Source: Chiloscyllium plagiosum
Taxonomy: Eukaryota
Assembly: GCF_004010195.1 (NCBI RefSeq)
Contig: NC_057756.1
Location: 10,005,330 to 10,033,559 of the forward strand
Reading direction: 5' to 3'
Length of the DNA: 28,230 nucleotides
Position 1 is the stretch's first letter. Each line of letters opens with the position of its first letter. A program made the position numbers and the translations under genes. The notes beneath the pieces are model-generated. The model made no database searches and had not been told where the DNA came from. It was given only the letters and a program-made list of their open reading frames with translations. Of the stretch, positions 20,185 through 28,230 are shown one piece after another.

Positions 20185-20290
20185 GTAAGGATTGCAGATG
20201 CTGGAAGTCAGAGTCGATAGATGTGAAGGTGGAAGAGCACAGTGGGTCAGATAGCATCCAAGGAGCAGGACAGTCAGTGTTTCAGGCCAA
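20185..20290 (-). mobile_element. Degenerate PLE terminal repeat
   Basis: tgcagatgctgga...agcacag...gtcag..agcatcc.aggagcagga, homologous to 7355-7470. Confidence 0.65.
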
Positions 20291-20654
20291 ATTTCAGCCA
20301 CAATAAAATACCCTCACAATATAATTTTACTTTGTGGAAGTCATGGACCAGGACAATCAATATTGGAGAATGGACACCGGGCACATGGGCTGCATTAACT
20401 GTTTTGTCAGACACCCTTATATTGGCTGAGGAAGATTACTTTACAATCTTTATCCTTCCAAAAGTACAGGCTAGGACTAATCAACCTCACTGTGAAAGGC
20501 TAGCTTCGGAGAACATTATGACACAAAATAAACAAATTATTAAAATACTGTATGTTGTCTGTAACTGCTATATTGCCTACTTAACAGGGGAAGCTGCACA
20601 TTTCTCAATATGTGCTTAAGACACACATGGTCTCCTTTACAAACACAGACTGTG

Positions 20655-21840
20655 TGATCTGCCTGTAGAAATGACCCTGATCCCCACTTTGCTTGCCATT
20701 TCAATAAACTACTTGGTCTTATGCTAGCATTTCTATCCTGGGCCTGCTGCTATGTTCCAATAAACACAACACAAGCTCAAGGAACCACACCTCTCTTTCT
20801 GCTTAGGCACTTTATAGCCTTGAGGTCTCAGTATTGAATGCAATAGCTTCAGAAACAGATTGCAAGATGCCTGTTCTTCATTGTGTTTTACATCCTCCCC
20901 CATCCACGTCCCTCCTACATTTGTGTCTTGTTTACTTTACACTTAGTGAAAATGACCACTTCTTTCCCTTTCACACCTTAATTTACATCCTTTTTCATCT
21001 TTCTTTCTTTTCTCCACTGTGAGAAACGAAGCTCACTGTTCAATAATTTCAGTCCGAGTCAAATTCTGAAGCAGTCTTTATTCATACGGTCTTGCAAGTC
21101 CGGGTGGCCACAATGTAGTCACACCCGATCAGGGGGTTACATTACAATTTATACAGTTCAGTTGAGTCTCTCAGTACTCCCCTTTTACCTCATACATGGT
21201 AGTTGTATTACTCTGCAATTGCTAATCTAATCAATTTACCACATCAGTCTATGGCCTGTTGTTGGTGTGTAACCACCCCCCTTGATAGCTGAGTCTTATT
21301 ACTTTTGCTGATGCAACACTGGGTCTTATTTGGTTATCTTGTCCATACTAACTCCCTATGTGCATGACAATTGCAACTGTCATGTCAATACATCTGTTTC
21401 TACCAGTCGACCATCTCCCTTTACAGTTTGTTATTTCTTGCGATTTTTGCAGAAGCAAGATACAGCTACTTGTAACTCTTTGTGCAAGCATATCTAGCTT
21501 AATATATACCACCTCCCTCCCCCCCCCCCATGACTTAGCCTTGTGTTTTTTTCAGAAACAACAAACTTCACAAGCGCTTCTCACATCCACTAACAACAAC
21601 TCCTTTGTCCATTGCATTGGCCTCTATGCCATCTTCCATCTTGCTCCCTCTCTGCCTCTATCAAAAGTATAAAAAAGTACTTATTTTCCAACACCTCACA
21701 GTTCTGAAGAAGAGGCATAACAGACTAAAAACATTTACTCTGTTTATTTATCCACATACTGCCAGACCAGCTGAGTTTCTCCAGCAATTTGTTTTTTGTA
21801 TTTTTCCAATACAGCAGCCACAGTTCTTTGTTTTATTGAT
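20655..21840 (+). mobile_element. Penelope-like element 3' part (GIY-YIG C-terminus and UTR), split by a solo LTR
   Basis: SILGLL.CS.....KLKEPHL.F.LGTL.P.GL.IE remnant at ~20730-20850; terminus with ctgaaga at 21704. Confidence 0.75.
21018..21585 (-). mobile_element. 568-bp solo LTR with 5-bp TSD
   Basis: TGTGAGAA...TTCTCACA inverted termini; TSD tccac at 21013-21017 and 21586-21590; minus-strand TATAAA 21153-21148 and AATAAA 21082-21077. Confidence 0.85.
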
Positions 21841-21949
21841 CATCTTTTAATCAGCCCTCTATCATGTCTACCATTTTTCTATTTGCACTTAATTCACTTG
21901 TTTTGTAGTCTGCATTATTTTTGTAACTTTTAATTTTATCCACTGTTGA

Positions 21950-22975
21950 ATTTTTTAGGCTTGTGCATTCGTTGTCCTTGCCTGGTGTGCTGTGACCATC
22001 ATTGCTCAATGGTCATGTTGCTTTCTTGCTCTGTTTTGTCAATTCAATTTATCACATCTCTTCCATCTCAAGTCCTAACATCCACTATTTAGCTTATTAC
22101 CCTCCTGTCTCTCTACTTTGTTATCATCATGCACTATCTACTCAGCATGGCAGGTTGAAAATGGTTACAAATGTTTCAGCTGTGTCTTTTGCACTAATGT
22201 GGAATTATTTTTGGAGTTTCCTCCAAGTGTTAGTTGTTTAATTTACCCAATACCATTCACAGCTGGTGTAGCAGAACCACAGAGCTTTGGTTTGTTTACT
22301 GGTGGATCACATAGTCCTACCTATTTTATGCTGCTTCTGCTATTTGTGCAATGTGGTAGCTTCACCAGTCTGGTACCTCACTTGTAAGTATGCTTGGTGG
22401 TGCTCTTGTATACTCTCCTGCATGTCTAATGCACCAGGGTTGAGGAGTTCTGGCTTGATGTTAATGTTAGAGTGGTTGATAAGCTGGAAAATAAGGTTAC
22501 AGACTCCGATTGAGCTATCAGCTGCAGCCTCATGAATGCCTAGTTTTGATCTGTTTGAAATCTATCCCATTTAGTCTGTTTTGAGAGTGTCACGCAACAC
22601 AATGAAGGGTAGCCTCAAACTACAGATTAAAATCCACAAAGACAATGTGATGGTCATGCTTACCCACTTCCTGTCATGGTTAGATGCAGTTGTGACAAGC
22701 AGACTGGTGAGGACAATGCCAAGTAGGTTTATTTCTTTCTGGTTCCCTCAGTACCTGCTACAGGTTCAGTCTAGCAGCTTTGTTCTTCTGAAGTATTGCT
22801 TTTGAGTTACTCTTAATTGTCAATATCTAAGTCCTCAACCCAGATTAATTTTCTGTCTTTGTGCTTCTTCCTGTTGATGTTAAAAATTGAGCTCTGCTGA
22901 TTCATCAGCTGAGAGATGGTGAGGGGTAGGAAGTGGTAATCACCAGGCAGTTTCCTTGAAACTGTTCCACCTGAT
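21950..22975 (-). mobile_element. Highly decayed LINE endonuclease/linker region (probably the second family)
   Basis: Minus strand around 22780-22660 resembles ARL.L.QV.REP......L..VLT.L......HD. Confidence 0.5.
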
Positions 22976-25395
22976 GGTATGGCAATTATCATGGAGGATT
23001 TTAATCTACATGTTGATTGGTCAAACCAGCTCAGTCAGGATAGCCTTAAGGAGGAGTTTGTTGAGAGTATTCGTGATAGTTTTCTTGAACAGTATGTAAT
23101 GGAATTGACAAGGGTTCAAGTTATCCTAGATCTGGTCCTGTGTAATGAGACAGGAAAAGCTAATGACCTCATAGTTCGGGATCCTCTTGGAAGGAGTGAT
23201 CACAGTATGGTTGAATTTAGAATACAGATGGAGAATGTAAAGATAAAATCCAACACCAGGGTCCTGTGCTTAAATAGGGGAGGCCACAATAGGATGAGGG
23301 AGGACTTGGCTAAAGTTGACTGGAAACCAAGAATTTATGGTGGGACAGTTGACAAACAATGGAGGGCTTTCAAAGCGCTCAACAAAAGTATATTTCAGTG
23401 AAAAGAAAGCACTGTAGGAAAAGGGGTAATCTGCCTTGGTATCTCAGGAAATAAGGGAGGTTATCAAATTGAAAAAGAAGGCATTCAAAGTGGCCAAGAT
23501 TAGCAGGAAACTAGGAGATTGGGAAAGCTTTAAAGGTCAACAGAAAGCCACAAAAAGAGTGATAAAGAAAACACAGAACAGAGAAAGAACTAGCACAATA
23601 TAAAGACATACAGCATAGATTTTTATAAATATATAGAACAAAAAAAAGTGGCTAAAGTAAACATTGGCCCTTTTGAGGATGAGAGAGGAGCATTTAGTTA
23701 TGGGATATGGTGAAATGGCCAAGGTATTGAATAGGTATTTTGTGTCAATCTTCACAGTGGAGTACATGAATAAAATGACATAATTGACAAAGAGACAAAG
23801 GTTGGTGAGGACCTGGAAACGATCATTATGATAGAAGAGGTAGTGTTGGGCAAGCTAATAGAGCTAAGGATAGACAGGTTTCCTGGCCCTGATGGATTGC
23901 ATCCCAGGGCACTAAGAGATGGTGGGAGAAATAGTAAGTGCATTTGTGGTAATTTTCTAAAATTCACTGGTCTCTGAGGCAGATCCAGCAAATGTGATGC
24001 CATTGTTTAAAAAGGGAGGTAGACAAAAGACGGAGAATTATAGACTGGTTAGCTTAACTTCTATAGTAGGGAAGATGCTTGAGTCTATTATCAAGGAAGA
24101 GATAGCAAGGCATCTAGCTAGACATAGTTGGGCAGACGCAGCATGGGTTCATGAAGGGCAGGTCATGATTAACTAATCTTTTGAAATTCTATGAAGACAT
24201 TACGAGCATGGTGGACAACGGGGACCCAATAGATTTGGTGTACCTAGATTTTCAAAAAGCCTTTGACAAGGTGCCATACAAGAGGCTGCTGTGTAAGACA
24301 AAGATACATGATGTTACAGGTAAAGTATTAGCATGGATCGAGGATTAGTTAACCAACAGGAAGCAAAGTGTGGGGATAAATGAGTGCTATTCTGGTTGGC
24401 AATCAGTAGCTAGTGGTGTGCCTCAGGAATCAGTATTGGACAATTATTCACACTTTACATAGATGATTTGGAGTTGAGGACCACGTGTAGTGTGTCAAAG
24501 TTTGCAGATGACACTAAGATGAGTGGCAGAGCAAAGTGTGCAGGGGATTGTGAAACTTTGCAGAGGAACATAGATATTTTTGAGTGGGTAAAGGTCTGAC
24601 AGATGGAATACAATGTTAATGTATATGAAGTTATCCACTTTGGTAGGAGTAATAGTAAAAACAGTATTATTTGAATGGTAAATAAGTTGCAGTATGCTGT
24701 AATGCAGAAGGATCCAGGTGTCCTTGCACATGAATCATGAAATGTTGGTCTGCAGGTACAACAGGTAATTAGGAAGGCAAATTGAATTTTGTCCTTCATT
24801 ACTAAAGGGATTGAGTTTAAAAGCAGGGAGGTTATATTGCAGTTGTACAGGGTGCTGGTGAGGCTACACCTGGAGTACTGTGTGCAGTTTTGGTCTCCTT
24901 ACTTGAGAGAGGATGTACCTGGCACTGGAGGGGGTGCAAAGGAGGTTCACTAGGTTGATTCTGGAGTTCAGGGGGTTGGCTTATGAGGAGAGACTGTGGA
25001 CTGGGATTATATTCATTGGAATTTAGAAGAGTGAAACATATACAGAAACATATAAAATTATAAAAGGAATGGAGAAGCTAGACAGAGAGAGGATGTTCCC
25101 ACTGATGGGTGACAGCAGGACAAGAGGGCAGAGCCTCCATATTAGGGGGAACAGTTTTAGGACTGAATTGAGAAGGAACGTCTTCACCCAGAGGGTTGTG
25201 AACCTGTGGAATTCCCTGCCCAGCTAAATGGTTTTTAAAGCTAAGAAAGATTTTTTTGAACAATTAAGGGATACGCTGAGAGGGCGGGTGAGTGGAACTG
25301 AGGCCACGAAAAGAACAGCCATGATCTTATTGAAGTGCAGAGCAGGCTCAGATGGCCTACTCCTGCTCTTATGATGTTCTAATGTTCTTATGATG
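22976..25395 (+). mobile_element. CR1 LINE, 2.4-kb 5'-truncated dead copy (EN C-terminus, RT, tail)
   Basis: DFNLHVDW...ILDLVLCN...LGRSDH; PGPDGLHP; NYRLVSLTS; YLDFQKAFDKVP (24241); [22 protein letters not shown]; stops and frameshifts. Confidence 0.95.
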
Positions 25396-25924
25396 CCATA
25401 TGATGGGTTTGATTTTGAGAACTCTTAGGATTCAATATCAAGGGGCTATAGATTAAAGATTTAATGTAAAGGCCTTTACAGACAATTTGTTATGACCAAG
25501 CACAGTTTTTTTTTCTCTTGTCATTTGGTTATAGTTGGCTGAATTCCTTTTCTTTCAGGCAATGAGGTAGATTCCAATCGGGAAAGGTAAAGATGACTTC
25601 TGTTGGGTTTTCAGCTCTCACACTTTGCTGAGATGAGGCACAAAAAACAGCAAGGAACAATGGTCTCCTGCTTCTCAGGTAGTCTCAAACACTCTAACAC
25701 TGCATTCAAAAATACAATTATCTTTTTCCATTCACAAACTACCCATGTGATTTCTTTCTGAAGGTTCTTCAGACTGTCGGACTCCCTCCTAGCTCTGGTT
25801 TCTCGCCGGTGAAAATTGTTGCTGATATGCCCAGTGTCTTTTCCTTAGCCCAGCGTCCATGTTTAAAAAACACAACCCAGGCCCACTCAGCTTCTACCTT
25901 CATTATAGGACAAAAAAACCTAGA

Positions 25925-26320
25925 AGGACAGGGATAACAGTTAGTTGGGAACACCAACGTGCACAAACTCTCCTCCAAACTTCTCATCATCCTGACTTAC
26001 AAACAACATTCCTTTAAAGCTGTTTGGGCATTGGGAAGTCCCATGCATGTTGAATAGTATGCTGTCCACTTCTGGAAGTCACTGCTATGCTTGCAACTTG
26101 GAGGTCCATGCAAGACCAAGTAAAATTAGGGTGAACTATGCTTGGAACTATGTCATCATTCTTTTACTGTCATTGGGTCAAAATCTTAGAACTCCCTCAC
26201 TAGTAGCATTGTATGTGCACCTATGCCACATGTACTATAACACAACTAACTTCAGAAGGCAATTAACAATACATGAAAAATGCTGCCTTAGCCAGTGACA
26301 CCCAACTGTTATGAATGAAC
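25925..26320 (+). mobile_element. Second-family LINE 3' fragment, decayed
   Basis: gggtcaaaatcttagaactccctc...ttcagaaggca...tgctgccttagccagtgacaccc...atgaatgaa matches the 7548 and 14454 copies in reverse. Confidence 0.6.
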
Positions 26321-26529
26321 AGAAGCATTTATAAGTCCATGGGATCTTTTTCAAAAATTAGTACTTAGATCACAGCTCTTCATACTGAAATTTAATGCAG
26401 GATATACACCTGATAATTTGTACACAGCAAGCTCCCATAAACAGCAGTGAACTATACCAAACAATAACCTTTATTTAGTCAGATTATTGGGATTAGGTAT
26501 AATAGAGGGCATTGTGAAAAATCTCAAAT

Positions 26530-26710
26530 AGAGACAAAATACTGTAAATGCTGGAAATCTGCAACAAACATAGCAAAGCAGGTCTGTCTGAGAAACAGTT
26601 TGATTCTGGTATGACTGTTCTTCAGAACTCTTCTGAAGAAGAGTCAAACTGTCCTTGAGTATTTAATGTTTCTCCCTCTGTGGATGCTGCCAGACCCGCT
26701 GAGTTTCTCT
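26530..26710. mobile_element. Old inverted pair of PLE termini
   Basis: ttcttcagaa ctc ttctgaagaa centre (26618-26640) flanked by degenerate PLE terminal sequence on both strands. Confidence 0.65.
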
Positions 26711-27339
26711 CATAACGAAATGCAGTCAGTTCTTCCAAATAGTTACCAAGAGATCTTTTATTTGCAACTGAAAAGAATGGAGACTTGGTCATCAGCGCAT
26801 CTGAAAGATAGATTCTTTTTCTTAAGATCTTAATAATTAAAACATAAGTTGTATGTTGCAGGACTGAGCAATATTGGTTGGAAAAGGACAGAAATAATGC
26901 AATTCACTATTGTACAATTAAGAATGTGGCATTAGTACCTTTTCCTTTTATTCTTTTTTGATGAGAATATTTCTTTGTCAAAACAGATCAATATTAAAAC
27001 AAACTGTAGAATGATACAGTACGGGAGGGCACTTGGCCCAAAGTGTCTCTCCTGGATCTTTGAAGTCCATGATATTTGATAACCACAAACGTATGCATTA
27101 TATAAACAGAATGTAACATATCTTTAGTGAGATAATTCTGATGGTGAACAGCCTGGATTTGTAATGCTCCTGATTCTCGGTGTGTATCTCACTTGTAATT
27201 ATCTTGACAACTATACACACATTTAATGGGAATTGAAAGTTAGCTTGCCTTTACAGAGTCAGTCTTTCTTCAGACTGTTTAGGTTCTCCTAATTAATAAC
27301 AACTATTATATGATAGAACAGAATTTATGAACAGAAACA

Positions 27340-27422
27340 CTATTTTAAGCCATTGAAGTGCAGCAGATTCGCAGTGGTTATGTAGTCCATGTTATAATTG
27401 GCCTGTTCCTGCCAAGCGGCCC
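27340..27422 (-). other. Candidate terminal coding exon of an unidentified neighbouring gene
   Basis: Acceptor ctcttctgtgttttacattatAG (27424-27423); frames give xAAWQEQANYNMDYITTANLLHFNGLK* or GPLGRNRPIITWTT*; AT-rich sequence and a minus-strand AATAAA at 26952-26947 follow. Confidence 0.3.
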
Positions 27423-27589
27423 CTATAATGTAAAACACAGAAGAGCTCATTAGGTTGTGCAACATTCATCACTTGGAAGAATGGCCAACTGCAAGAACAT
27501 TGCAGCTTTGAGCAAAAGCAGATAAATTTCCCACTAATTAACATTTTGCCACCCATCTTGCTTTCTGCCACTGGTTCTCCCATTTCTCA

Positions 27590-27897
27590 ACTAGCTGGTT
27601 TGGCTCCCAATCCACCAACACCATCAATTTAAAATTTTCATCAGTGTTCAAACTCATGGTCTTACCCTTCTCCCTGCAAGAACCACCCCGAGTTGTATAA
27701 TCCTTCACAATCTCCGAGCCCCTCAAATTCTCTAGCCTGTTTTACATTCTCCGTTTTTGCCACTGGTGGATGTCCTCTCAGATACGGAGGTGCCAAGATT
27801 TGGGATTCCTTCTGTAAAGCTCTCTGCCACTTCATAAAACTTTCCTTTGAGATGCTCCTTGAAAGCTACCTCACTAAGCCTTGGATCACCTGTCCTC
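27590..27897 (+). mobile_element. L2-type LINE 3' fragment, decayed
   Basis: WLPI....NLKF...G.KIWDS...F..LL.SYL resembles L2 HWLP..RI.FK...APKLWNSLP...FK..LKTYLF. Confidence 0.6.
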
Positions 27898-28215
27898 TTG
27901 GGAGTCATCTACAGGCCCCCAAACAGTATTCTGGATGTCGGATGTAAGTTGAATCAGGAGCTGAAATTGGCCTGTCGTAAAGATGTTACTACAGTCGTTA
28001 TGGGGGATTTTAACATGCAGGTAGACTGGGAGAATCAAGATGGTATTGGACCTCAAGAAAGAGACTTTGTGGAATGCCTCAGAGATGGATTCTTAGAGCA
28101 GCTGGTGCTGGAGCCGACCAGGGAGAAGGCAATTCTGGATCTGGTATTGTGTAACGAACCAGAATTGGTCAGAGACCTCGAAGTGAAGGAGCCATTGGGA
28201 AGTAGTGACCATACA
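27898..28215 (+). mobile_element. CR1 apurinic endonuclease fragment
   Basis: LGVIYRPPN...VVMGDFN...EPTREKAILDLVLCN...LGSSDH, open frame. Confidence 0.92.
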
Positions 28216-28230
28216 TTAATAATACATTAA

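Noticed and set aside
20570..20662. Possible minus-strand exon ADHTVCVCKGDH...
   Set aside because: Mediocre splice signals, overlaps the PLE boundary, no homology.
22976..25395. Active CR1 or domesticated RT gene
   Set aside because: 5'-truncated with multiple stops and frameshifts.
25743..25845. Minus-strand frame KDTGHISNNFHRRETRARRESDSLKNLQKEITW ending at GTAGTT
   Set aside because: Weak acceptor, phase incompatible with the 18217 candidate, no recognised homology.

Overview
Eukaryotic, repeat-dense DNA, most likely from a cartilaginous fish (shark; inferred from HE1-type SINEs and the CR1/Penelope families). The only well-supported gene is at the left edge, on the minus strand: the 5' end of an IFI44/IFI44L-like P-loop protein in three in-frame coding exons (524-515, 432-387, 290-89). 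It has an MGSSYS myristoylation-type N-terminus, a Walker A Lys-to-Ile substitution, and an ISRE plus NF-kB-type motifs just upstream. The rest is largely nested mobile DNA: CR1, a second CR1/L2-superclade LINE, L2, RTE, Penelope-like elements (PLEs) with minimal hammerhead ribozyme motifs, HE1-type SINEs and solo LTRs. Two structures stand out. (1) An old CR1 is split by a 3.9-kb insertion (15759-19670) bounded by a perfect 20-bp duplication and ending in a hammerhead-bearing PLE terminus; its cargo includes a 1.1-kb foldback, a 42-bp satellite and an orphan terminal-exon candidate, suggesting PLE-mediated capture of genomic DNA. (2) Tx1-type LINE 3' ends are stacked (2441-6840), apparently inserted repeatedly at one target, ataaacaggagtgtc, in an LTR-derived sequence. 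Most ORF-track entries are TE fragments or chance ORFs. All family calls are by eye and need database confirmation; repeat boundaries are approximate unless stated.
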